Positions 52,201 to 63,574 of a DNA stretch of 64,000 nucleotides are shown here, piece after piece (position 1 is the stretch's first letter; the number at the start of each line of letters is the position of its first letter). The DNA lies in the NCBI RefSeq assembly GCF_037042905.1, contig NC_087252.1, positions 2,544,001-2,608,000 of the forward strand, in the 5' to 3' direction. This DNA is from Lytechinus pictus (taxonomy: Eukaryota). Position numbers and translations under genes: made by a program. Under the pieces are notes generated by a model. That model did no database searches, had not been told where the DNA came from, and saw only the letters and a program-made list of their open reading frames with translations.

Positions 52201-54853
52201 ATAATCTTATTTCTTTCTTTTGCTCTGTCTTTTTATTCTTTCTATATCTTCCCCATCATTTGAAAATTAGGGGGATGGTTGCTTTTCCCCTTCTTGGCTG
52301 AAAGTATATTGTGATGTAATGTAACTTTGCCATCCAATGCTTATTTGCATGGAATCGTTCATTTTGATTGGCTATTGAGCAATGTTTACATTAGTATTCA
52401 TTTGAAAGTAATTTGTACCCATTGAGCCTAGAATGTAAACTTAAGAGTGTTTGATATCTCAATCATAACCCCAAAATGCCAGCTTATTTCCCCTGTGAAC
52501 ATTTGTTACAGCTGCTTCTTGTAAACAGCCATTTTAATACCAGCTTATATATCAAAGCATTTTTGTAGGAAAGTCTTTAATCTTTGTTAATTCAACCGTC
52601 TGTCATCCCAGTGACTTTGCGCATTGTAGGGCCCTCCTCAACCTCCTCTTGAGCATTTTTAGTTCAACAGTCATAATCAGATTTCTTGCAATAATAAAGT
52701 TATTCCTAATTAAGCTTTTAATTGGTAGACAGCTTGTACAGATGTAGCTCAGGGAAGGGGAAATAGTTTGTGATTTGTTGTGTAATAATGACTAGTGGAG
52801 ATTTGATAATTAACAATGACGATAATGAAATAGATACAAGAATAGTACAGTATCATTGTATGCTGTAAGCAATGTAATCTAACTTCACTGCTCAAGGTAA
52901 TATTGGAACATTCTAAAAGACCCTGGATTAGAGGTAATATGCACTATACAAATAATCAATAATCTAGTTTTCTATCACTACTCCAGCAATGTTTCTATTA
53001 AAGGTGCTGATCAGATAATCAAATTACCCTTGATCGTGCATTCACTCAATTTCTATTAAATTTGTTGACAGGTTTATCGGGGGGATGGGGTACCTGAGTA
53101 TTGTGCTATGTCAGGAGAGGCAACCAGTGTACCCGTGTCTCCAGACTAGACTGGTTGTCCCTAGACCTCAACCGGACACCAGGGGCATTTCCTTGCCAGT
53201 ATCTAGTTTCTGTTAGATAAAGATTAAACAACTGGTTTATGAAAGCTAGTTAGTATTTGGGTATGAGGAGAAGGAGGGGGAGAAGCAGAAGAAAAAAAGG
53301 AAAAGGCACAAGAAAAACAACAATGAGGAGAGGGAATGAAAATGATTTAGAAATGTTAGAGTAGATAAATTAAGAAAAGAATAATATGTTGAGAACAATA
53401 ATAGGCCATATAATGAAAATAAAAAGATTTGTAAAAATAGAATATCAAGAAGAGGAAAAGGAAAATGCAAAATAAAAAAAAGGGGACTAAAGTAGAGAAA
53501 AATTAGATCAGAGCTATTTATTCTCTTTAAGCAAAAATATCAGCAAAACCATCTGCAGATCTGATTGCTTTGAAGAATGCAACCAGAATTACTTCCTTTC
53601 CAAGGTTTCTATGACTTCCTTTCCAAGGTTTCTAGAGGTTAAGTTTCCGTCAGATTAAGGTAATTAACAGGCCTCTGCTAATTAACCTGAGTCTAGGTGT
53701 CTTATTCAGTGTACAATGTACATGTACGTGCCAAATCCAATTAGTTCAGTTGAATTTCAGGTAATGTGCTGACAGATTTGAGGACTTGACAGATTTATTG
53801 GGGTGTTTTAATTAGTTTGTGATCCGATTTCTATCAATAATTCTTTTCAGTGCAAAAGTTATTGTGAATCAATAGAAGATTGGACTCCTTTATAGGTTTC
53901 GCTGTTTTATAAGTTTGATACTTACGGGTTCAAAATAAATGATACATAAAGTTGTCACTTGGTTCACAAACTGTTTCAATATACAAATTAACAAATAAAA
54001 CCTGTTTGAAATTTCATATCAGCTTTTGACTTTCGTGCATTATCTTGTAGACTCTGAAAGAACCTTTTTAAATCATTCTAGTTCCTATATTTAAAATAAT
54101 TTTCATTATTTTACTTATCAATTTAAATCTTTTTGGCCACTTAATTTAAATGGCAATAGAACTATTGAAGATTGTGTTAGCCCTCATTTATACTGCCTAA
54201 TAATAATTTAAAGTCACGAGAGTTAAAAATTCATCAACGGTTGAGTGATTAATGACTAAGGCGTTGACAGAAATCTAAACAATTCCAAAGGAATTCAAAA
54301 AGTTCTAAAAAGGTATTTTTTGGATTGTGCAGTAGGTTCCCTTCGTATTATTTTCTTTTTGAAAATCAGATATGGCTTTACCCCTTTTGTATGAAGACCT
54401 GGCCCCTTGTAACTTTAAGTATGTTAACTCTTATTTCAATATTCTAAACATTCAACCAGCAGGTGCAGTACCTGTATTAGGGAACAGTTTACAATTTGTT
54501 TCATTTGTTGCTTAGCATTATGAGGTGAAGCCACTTTCAATTGCACAGCTTGTGAAGGTAAAATAGCTCATCGATGATTCAATGTTTTGGCAACCAACCA
54601 TAGGCGACCAGCCACAAATCTTAAAGAGACTTGATGATTACCCGTTCCAATTATGCGGAACAGTTACTTCCGCAGTCACCTTTCTCAATTTCCTGTTCCG
54701 ATCTTCCGGTTGTATTATTGTTTTCTTGATTCGAGTTTTGGATAAGTTTAGTCAGTGTTTTGGCAAGCTGTGCCTCATTTTTAGTTTTTAAAGTGTGAAA
54801 AAGACACTCCCACCTCTTGCTCTATAAAAAAAATGTCAAACCCTGTTCTCAGT

Positions 54854-55165
54854 GGCCCGTATTCTGAAGTCAGGTTTAAATTAGACTCAGGTTTAAAGTT
54901 GTGGTTTAAGTATGGGAAGCCAAAAGTATCATTTTTTTAAATTAAGTTGTACGTTTCTTATGTTTACTGTGCTCTTTCCTGATTCATTGATGGTGAAGAC
55001 AATAATCTATATATACTTCCTAGACAATTATGTATGATTTGAGAGCCAAATGAGCTGAAATAAGATATCTCTACCGTTAGTGATTTATGTAACAACTGGC
55101 TGTCCATACTTAAACCACAACTTTAAACCTGAGTTTAAGTTAAACCCGACTTCAGAATACGGGCC
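54854..55165. mobile_element. PIF/Harbinger-like MITE, 312 bp, AGT TSD
   Basis: AGT|ggcccgtattctgaagtcagg ... cccgacttcagaatacgggcc|AGT. Confidence 0.9.
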
Positions 55166-55171
55166 AGTATG

Positions 55172-55524
55172 TCCACAGTGTGTGCTGGGTGACGATGTGA
55201 TTCACACTGTTAAAATGCTCATATTGAACAGTGTGAAAATGATTTCACATTGTGGAGGCTTTTACATAGTGTGTTTACATGTACATAGTGGACTATGGGA
55301 AGTTGTTTTCACACTGTAAAAATGCTCAAATGTAATAGTGTGAAGATGATTTTACACTGTGAAAACAGTGTGGAATATTCACAGTGAGTTCACACACATG
55401 TAATGGATTACCTGTATGTGAAAATGGTGGTTTTACACTATCCAAATGCTCAAATATGACAGTGTAAAGGTGATTTCACACTGTTAACACACTGTTTGAC
55501 TCTACTTTTTTTTCTGACAGTGTA
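55172..55524. repeat. Array of cagtgtgaa/ttcacactg motifs ending in ...ctgacagtg|ta; possible EnSpm/CACTA-like relic
   Basis: Repeated tgtgaaaatgatttcacactg-like units. The terminus is the reverse complement of TA|CACTGTCAGAAAA. Confidence 0.5.
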
Positions 55525-55596
55525 ATGCCAATTCCTAATGCCTGGGCCCCACAGGTAGCAGGGATGCTGTTTGAATAAAATGTCTTAGTATTCAGA

Positions 55597-55907
55597 GGCC
55601 CGTATTCTGAAGTCAGGTTTAACTTAAACTCAGGTTTAAAGTTGTGGTTTAAGCATGGGAAGCCAAAAGTATTAATTTTTTCATTAAGTTGTATGTTTCT
55701 TATGTTTACTGTGCTCTATCCTGATTCATTGATGGTGAAGATAATCATCTATTTATAATTTATTGACAATTATGAATGATTTCAGAGCCAAATGAGCTGA
55801 AATATGATATCTCTACCGTTAGTGATTTATGTAACAATTGGCTATCCATACTTAAACCACAACTTTAAACCTGAGTTTAAGTTAAACCCGACTTCAGAAT
55901 ACGGGCC
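55597..55907. mobile_element. PIF/Harbinger-like MITE, 311 bp, AGA TSD
   Basis: AGA|ggcccgtattctgaagtcagg ... cccgacttcagaatacgggcc|AGA; highly similar to 54854-55165. Confidence 0.9.
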
Positions 55908-58510
55908 AGAATGTATAATAAAGTCCATTATATTATTTTGGCTTCATTCTAGGTACATTGAAATTGGCCCTTGTCACCACATATCATATCCATTCAGCGA
56001 ATGCTTCGCATTCGTGGGGGGGGGGGGGCATCCCCCCCCCACCTCCCAGAAAATGCCTCTAAAAAGAAGAAAAGGAAAAAAAAGGATGAAAAGAAAAGTG
56101 AAGGGAAAAAAGCAGCTTTAAACTCTATTTTTCTTTTCATTTCTTTTTCCTTTCATTATGCCATTCCTATATTTTATGACATGGTCTGTCTTATAGGTGT
56201 GAGTGGATAATATGTGAATCTGTATCATTCCTCTTCAAGATCATTTTTTCAATATATCCAGAGTCTGTAATATGCAAGAGAAAGAATCATGCTTTCTTTC
56301 ATTGTATTCCAATTTTTCTCCTTAATAACTGACGAGTTAACCCCACTGGTGAATTGCTGCCCACGCTCACGTCTACCTCGATTCCTAAAACAAGCATGTA
56401 ACTGGGTTCTGTCACAACCCACGCACTGTGACTCAATGAGATCTCTGTCTACCAAAGGGCAACAGACAAGATCCTTCATGAACCTGGGACCTTGTGAATC
56501 TTTCAAGACGCCTAAGAATCCATTGGACCAGTTCCACGGAATCCCCCAGAAAGAATTCCCGGCTCGCCCGCTATCCCCCTTCCCCGAAAACAGGTAGCAA
56601 TTATGCAACATTAATGTCAGCGATGACACGATGCTTTGGGTTTGTGGGCGATGATGTCGGAGACGGCTTTCTACTAGCGCAGGAAGGGGTAGATTTCCGC
56701 CGTTTTTGTTGAGTTAACAGTAACTTTTGTGACAGTTCCTCCCAAAGCGTGGACTGTCAGTGAATTATGTGTAGGCTGCGGGAAGTGATGAGATGTTTTG
56801 TCATTTAAAGTAAATACATGACTGGTTTTCATCCTTGACAGGATCAAGATGTTCTTTTATTTCTGGAATTTATTCTCCTTTTCATCCAAGAGTTTGACAG
56901 ATTCATGTTTAATTTAGATGTGTCTTGTCTCGTGGATTGTCAATGTAAGTTAGAAATAGAATGCGATAAACCACAGGTCTAACTCCAATCCAATATTATG
57001 GTATACAATAGCGTAACTACGCTAGCATTCTAAAACAAAATAGTTAGAAATGACTTGATTTTATAAAGAGTCAGCTGGCAGGAACTGTTGTTTTTAGTCC
57101 TGTGAGATCTTATAGTAGATTTGATTTTAATCATAAAGATTCTAATTAAATCTCAAAGGATTTGAATATTGAAATTTAAGATTAAGATCGGACCAGAATT
57201 TGCTAGGTCTCTAACCGTTGTAGATCTGAATTTATTTTGAATCCATGCAACTTAGAGTGTACAATGACTCATTATCTTCTAGTAAAGTGCCATTAATCAT
57301 GTACAATACAATAGCTTGCATTTGGCGTATCTCGGTTGTTCAAACCTTGTATCTAAAAATGTAATATTTTTTTAGGACAGATATTAAAGGAAAAGAGTTC
57401 TGTCATATTAAAGTAGGAACCTTCTTTCGTCTGGAAAGATTTCTCTTCATGAATTAGAAGACTATTTTCAGACAACATAAGTTTCCACCATTGCAATATT
57501 TCTAAAATACAGCTTTTTACTGAACTGCTGTCAAATTATTCAAAAAAATTTGAGATACAAGGTTTTAACATCCAAGCGACGATAATCAACACAACTTTGT
57601 GATTTCTTGCTTCGATTTACTATCTAAAGGTCAACAACCTATCGGAGAGTGAACTCAAACAATCATTCGAATGTCAATACATTTATTTTAGTCAACCATA
57701 CAGTAGATGCCCTTTAGATAATAAAGAAGTGCTCAACCGTGCCAGAAAATGATGAGGTTGAATAAGGTTCAGACGATGATTATGCAAAAATGTTTTTTAT
57801 TTCCGTCTTCGATTCATTCTGACACTTTGGCCTCGGGTGTCTGATGCTATCTCCAGATGAATAGTTTCCTGTAATTTGTAGCCAGTAGCTACATGTATGT
57901 AAGAGAAGGATATGGGTGGGACTCTTTAGCCATAGCTAAGCAATGTTGTCTTTGATACTTGAGGATGTGCAGATGCACATTGCGCCCCAGCTGTTGCATC
58001 GGCTGAAGTGATCATTGGAGGACATTAAATGGAGCTCCTTTGATGTCATTGTACTTTTTTGCAGCATTATCTTTCTTTCCTCTTCCAGGGTCCGTTACCA
58101 GGAAGCTTAGTGACTAATTTTCATGGTTGTTTGTACATTGTGGTCATTTTAATCAACTGAAAATTTGTTTTATGATCAAGTGTTATAAAGCATTGTATTA
58201 CATGGCCCTGATGTTGGTAAGGTTTTGTTTTATAAATGTACAGGAATCCCCACTCAGCTGATCTCCCTTCTAAACAATGTGGAATATCTGAATGAATCCA
58301 CCGCCATTACCTTCTCATCTTCCTGTAGTCATCGCTTTCTTTTTATTGATTACAATGCGCTGCAGTCTTTTCTTACGAAAAACTGCCAGGGACATTCTTT
58401 GATATAAACAAAACACCATCTGAAGCAAGACAGATGTGTAGAGCCGGTTCCTTCTCCCCAGTGACAGTTTGCTGTCTTGTTGCTTCAGAAGTAGCGCTTA
58501 CGCTTTGCGG

Positions 58511-58840
58511 GAGGCAGCGTAGCTCAGTCGGTTAGGGGGCCTGTTCCGGATAAGATCGTAGATCTCAACGTGCGTGGGTTCGAGTCCCGCAGCATGCCGG
58601 AAGACGTCTAACAAAAAACTGATGCTAGCGTTGTGTGTTAGCGTGCCTCACCGCTGTGTTCAGTGCAGGTGTGAATGCAGTTGGAAAACACTCCGTCCAT
58701 CGGAAAGGACGCAAATGTTGGTCCCGTGTATAGGAGAGTCACAACCTATGCACGTTAAAACCAATACACTATTTGTCAAAGAGTAGGGTGTTTACCCGGT
58801 GTATTGCACCTGTCGGTCCCCGGTACTACAATACTGCAAG
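58511..58840 (+). mobile_element. tRNA-derived SINE of a second family
   Basis: A box tagctcagtcgg and B box ggttcgagtccc with an over-long spacer, followed by a CpG-rich body. The 3' end is approximate. Confidence 0.7.
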
Positions 58841-59076
58841 AATCTTCAGGATTGAAGGAGGCAGTCAGTGTAGCTTGAAACCTTGAAACCTACTCTGTGC
58901 AACAGGATCAACTTGGTAAAAACAAAGACAACATTGTCTCCCTAGATTTTAGGCTAGAGAAACAAATTGTTTAATTAGAGCTTATTCTGTTGATGCCTGT
59001 AGACAACTGAAGCTACCATTATTTCATATGACAAGTGATATTTCTCTTTCTTCTCTTTTTTTGTTGTTGTTTGCAG

Positions 59077-59150
59077 ATGGTGGTGTTTTCAAAAGAACAT
59101 TCCTAGTTTGCAAGTCAGATATATTCACCTGTGCAAGACCAACTCATCCG
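59077..59150 (+). CDS. SIDT: SID-1/SIDT family exon B ((D)GGVFKRTFLVCKSDIFTCARPTHP)
   Basis: Acceptor ttgttgtttgcag| and donor CCG|gtatgt; 74 nt, phase 1 to 0. It completes the split Asp codon from exon A and corresponds to SIDT2 [23 protein letters not shown]. Confidence 0.85.
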
Positions 59151-60434
59151 GTATGTATTATGAAGACTAACTTTGATTTGTAATGTTACATGTATATGCA
59201 TCTAAGAAAGAAGAAAAAATTGTCTTACATTTAAATCTATGGTAATCTACATCTATGTCACTAATAGTTAAATGCATTTGAGTTGTATGCTAGTCCATTG
59301 CACAGATATAGTCACTCAATACTTTCCCACATATGTTTGAATGAAGTGATGACTGGCACCAAATGAAAATGTGGTCTACATGTAAGTTAACCCAGTGTTG
59401 ACCTAGGTTTAAGTTTGCCGTTGTTATAATAATACCACCCAAGGAGAAAAAAAATAGACACAAAGGAGATGCAAAATACATTTCAAACTTAAAATGCTTT
59501 AGGAGAGTTCAATGCAACGAAAGTGAAAATAAAAGAATTTTTGAGGAGTGGGATTGTACAAGAATAACCAGACCCTTGGCTCTTGATGACACATGCGCCA
59601 ATGGAGTGTGTATCCGGTCTCGTCCGATATGTCACCAGCAAGAAAAGCCGTTGGGATGGATTTCTTTAATCTTGATGATATTTACCTAGTTGAGCTGCCC
59701 CGGGGCGACATTTGATCCGAAACCCCTTAAGACTTACTCCTTTTTATACCAGGAACCATTAACCCTCTGGAAATGTTAGCTCCCCATTGCCCCCCCCCCC
59801 CCTCTCTTCCCATGAGGCCTATACACTTTCAATTCATATCATAAATCAAGTATCTGCATAAATCAAGATACTTTTTTTGTTATTCAATTTAATTTGAACT
59901 GTCTTGGTAAAAAGTGTTTTCTTTTGTTGTATATTGTTGTAGATATTGTTCAAATTCTATTTCTATTTTCTTCTTTGTGGTTGAGTCCCTTTTGAGTTGC
60001 ATTGAGACCCGGTAACTCCTTTATTCTCACTCCCTTACATTCTTTAGTCATGTAAGGTCCCCAGATCCAAATAATCTGTCTTCGCTTTCTGTACTTCATT
60101 ATAAATTCAGATTTAGGTTTATACATTGTTTCTCCCCACCCCACCCCTCCACCCCAGGAATTCACTTGCTTCTAAATCTTGTGGTGCAGCCTCCATAATA
60201 GCTATAATAATAATAAATAATGATAACAATCTTATAAACCGCAAAGTCGCAAATTGCCTTTATAAAAGCGGTTAAGAGAAAGGAAATATGAAGCGTTAAG
60301 GAAATAGAAATACTTTGCACAACAAAATGTATCAAAACTAATATTACAATATACAACTTTTTCTCACCAGATCATGAATAAATAAATACCATTAAATGGG
60401 CCAATAAACATATGATATGATCATATAATGTAAT

Positions 60435-61170
60435 CTCTTCATCCCCCACACCTCCTCCACTTAATACTTCTTCTTTTCATCTTTTCTTTCCTCTTCCTCC
60501 TATAACCATCCCATCATTCCTTATCCAATTCAGAGTCAGAAAGTTAATGCTATATCCAAGCATCCCACCTCCTCTCTTTCCAACCCCTTCCTTATCTTGT
60601 TTTCATCCCCCTCCTCCCTCTTCATCTCCTCTTGCTGCTGTATATTCTTTATCATCTTCCTCTCATTCATCTTTTCTGCCTCTTACACATTCTTCTCTTT
60701 CTTATCTTCCTCCTCTGCCCCCCCCCTCCTTCTCCTCATCACTTCTCCTCCCTTTCTTTCTCATCTTATTCCTCTTCCCTATGTTTTCCTCATATCTTCC
60801 ATCGCCCGTTCACATCCCTGTTCTCACACCCCCTCTATCTCCTTCCTCACCCCTTCCTCACCTCCAACAACCCTAATATTCTTTATATTCCATTCAATCT
60901 TTTCTACCTTCACTTTTCATCTAATCCTTCCCTGTCTCCTTTCCGACCTCCATCCCTCGCCTCCTCCCTTTCTTCCTCATCTTATACCCCTTTCCCAAAT
61001 GTTTTCCTCATATCTTCCATCTCCCGTTCACATCCGTCCCCACCACCCCCCCCCCCCTCTTTCTCCTTCCTCCTCACCTCAAACAACCCTAATATTCTTT
61101 ATATTCCATTCAATTTTTACTACCTGCCACTTTCCATAGAACCCCTCACTGTCACCTTTCCGTCCTCCAT
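60435..61170 (+). repeat. Polypyrimidine low-complexity tract with an internal duplication of about 215 bp
   Basis: ctcctccctttctt.ctcatcttat...atgttttcctcatatcttccatc.cccgttcacatcc...aacaaccctaatattctttatattccattcaat occurs twice. Confidence 0.85.
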
Positions 61171-62281
61171 CCCAATGCACTCTTTAAAACTCTGGTGGTC
61201 TTTTTGGGAATGTCTACCTTCTCTTAGTCACGGCCGGCCGGAACATAGTTGTTAAATTTAGTCAAGTGATTCACTGGAAAAGTCAGAGCACGTGACTTTG
61301 ATTCAAATTCACCCGGGAATTTGGTTATTGTCAGGAACATTTAAGCCAGAAACGTTGTTTAAGATTGTTGCTTTACAATGGCATGAAACTGATGTATGCA
61401 TTCAAATTTGTCCTCACTGAAGATATCATGTTGAACTATAAGTGGAAAATTAATCTTGGGGTCCCAGAATAAATCACCTTCAGGGCCCGTTATTACAAAT
61501 AGTTGGAATTGATTTTTTAATTGATTTAAATCAATCTGAAATTGCGGTTCACCTCATCTAAATTGAAATTTAGAGATAAAGGAGTATTGTACAACGCCTA
61601 CTTACATGTAGCTTGTTGTAAGCGAGCAAATGGGAGGCTGAACATCAAACATTGGTACTATTGCACACACAACGTACCATCCAAAATGTACCGTTGCACG
61701 GCTTTAGGAGGTGACGTCACAATACGATTCAATTCATTGTGCTCTGTAAAAAATGAAGGTGAAATATGTGTATAGCCTGCTGGCTAAATGAGCAGTGCTG
61801 CCCGAGGTCATGTGCGCTTGTGAGATTTTGCTTTTTGCTTTCAATATTTTTGCCCCCTTTCATAGATTACTGCACAGAAAAAATCTTTTTTTTTCTTCAT
61901 AAATTCGCTAAACTCCGAGGCGTTGTACAACACATAGCGAATATTCTCATTCGTGCATTGGTGCGAGATTTCACATTCGGTGAAAGAGACGCTCTATTCA
62001 ACTTGGCTAACGCCTCATTGAATAAAGCATCTTTCTTTCACCTCATGCAAAATCTCGCACCATGGCAGTCATGCCTATTTGCTATTTGTATAATGTCGAG
62101 AATAATGGATGATGCAAATTTCACTCTTTTTTTAAAATCTCATTTGACTATGTAATCATTCAGTAACTTAATGTCTGTTAAAGGTCACTACTAATTAGAA
62201 ATGTGTTTTTACCAGAGATTAAATGATCATTTCCTTGTATGAATCAGTTACATTGAATTGTATTTTCTTCTTATTTTACAG

Positions 62282-62328
62282 ACCAGAATAGCTCTTCTTA
62301 CTGTGGGAATCGTAGTCAATCTAGCATT
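62282..62328 (+). CDS. SIDT: SID-1/SIDT family exon C (TRIALLTVGIVVNLA+L)
   Basis: Acceptor ttcttattttacag| and donor TT|gtaagt; 47 nt, phase 0 to 2. Corresponds to SIDT2 DRMVLLVMGNVINWSL. Confidence 0.88.
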
Positions 62329-62356
62329 GTAAGTTGATTTGTAGTTTACTTTTTAG

Positions 62357-62437
62357 TGATTGATGATGATGACGATGATGTTGATGATGTTGATGATGAT
62401 GGTGATGATGATGAGGATTATGATTATGGTGATGATG

Positions 62438-62470
<33 letters not shown>

Positions 62471-62474
62471 ATGG

Positions 62475-62526
<52 letters not shown>

Positions 62527-62552
62527 AATGATGATGATGATGTTGATGATGT

Positions 62553-62599
<47 letters not shown>

Positions 62600-62668
62600 T
62601 TGATGATGATGATGTTGATGATAATGATGATGATGATGATGATGATTATGGTGATGATGATGATGATA

Positions 62669-62701
<33 letters not shown>

Positions 62702-62772
62702 TTGATGATGATGATGTTGATGATGATGATGATTATGGTGATGATGATGATGATGAAGTTGATGATGATAAT
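62357..62772 (+). repeat. (GAT)n microsatellite filling most of the intron between SIDT exons C and D
   Basis: Read directly; it lies between the donor at 62329 and the acceptor at 62940. Confidence 0.95.
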
Positions 62773-62940
62773 GGTTTTGCTGTTATTGAATTCATGGGTA
62801 AAAGTATATCTAAGAATCAATTCCTGCATGTGTATTTGAATTTCATTAGAAAATATAGGATGAGCTCTTTATATATAACATTAATGTGTAGGTATCCTTG
62901 GATATGTTACCTGAATATGTTCCTTTTTCATTTCTTTCAG

Positions 62941-63046
62941 GAGTATTTTAGGACTTGTGACCCAACCGATGGACTTTGCCTCCTATCTTCTTGCCATCAT
63001 GATTGTTAACATGCTGTTATATCTTTCATTCTACTTTATTATGAAA
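62941..63046 (+). CDS. SIDT: SID-1/SIDT family exon D ([35 protein letters not shown])
   Basis: Acceptor tttctttcag| and donor AAA|gtgagt; 106 nt, phase 2 to 0. Contains the diagnostic [18 protein letters not shown] motif of SIDT1/SIDT2. Confidence 0.95.
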
Positions 63047-63428
63047 GTGAGTAGCGGAAGATTTGCACTTTTATCTTTAATCCTTCAATCTTTATTTTTC
63101 CAAAGCCACCAAATGAGCTTTATTTAAATATAGACTGATATGATTTGCATGTATGTGTTGTCTTTGTAGGGTAATCTCTAATGGAGGGAGGGGGACCTTC
63201 AAGTGAATTTAATCTAATATAATATGTGCTCTGACTAAAACAATTAACGCACATGGCTCATACATTGTAGCATAAAAATTTGATTTGATGATGCAAATCC
63301 ATTATTCTTCGAGACCATATATCAGTTAATAGGCTTTTACTACAATTACTCTATTAATTGATGTGAATAAAGTGAATTGTTAATTAGTTAATCCAAGGTC
63401 TATTGCTTTTCGACTTTTTTTCCCACAG

Positions 63429-63539
63429 CTTATTTGTCGAGAGAAGATCCTCCTGGTTGTTAGTATTCTAATAACACTGACGCTCTTTCTTTGGGGAGCA
63501 GCTCTTTATTTCTTCCAGATCAAGAACACAGGCTGGCAG
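63429..63539 (+). CDS. SIDT: SID-1/SIDT family exon E (LICREKILLVVSILITLTLFLWGAALYFFQIKNTGWQ); the gene continues past the window end
   Basis: Acceptor ttttttcccacag| and donor CAG|gtaatg; 111 nt, phase 0 to 0. Corresponds to SIDT2 LRSGERI...VVWGFALFFFFQGLSTWQ. Confidence 0.93.
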
Positions 63540-63574
63540 GTAATGTGTTCCTTCATATATCGACAAAGATTAAA

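Noticed and set aside
56249..56712. ORFs of 72-126 aa on both strands
   Set aside because: No recognisable domain or convincing splice context; consistent with chance in a GC-richer patch.
58511..58600. tRNA-like sequences here and at 6658, 15331 and 48985 as real tRNA genes
   Set aside because: No intact acceptor stem or cloverleaf, and they continue into SINE bodies.
60547..61255. Three overlapping Pro/Leu/Ser/Phe-rich ORFs
   Set aside because: A pyrimidine-rich tract lacks stop codons by composition alone.
62353..63009. Poly-Asp, poly-Met and poly-Ile ORFs (tempting as an acidic biomineralisation protein)
   Set aside because: They are translations of an intronic (GAT)n microsatellite. 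The poly-Asp frame crosses SIDT exon D in the wrong frame.
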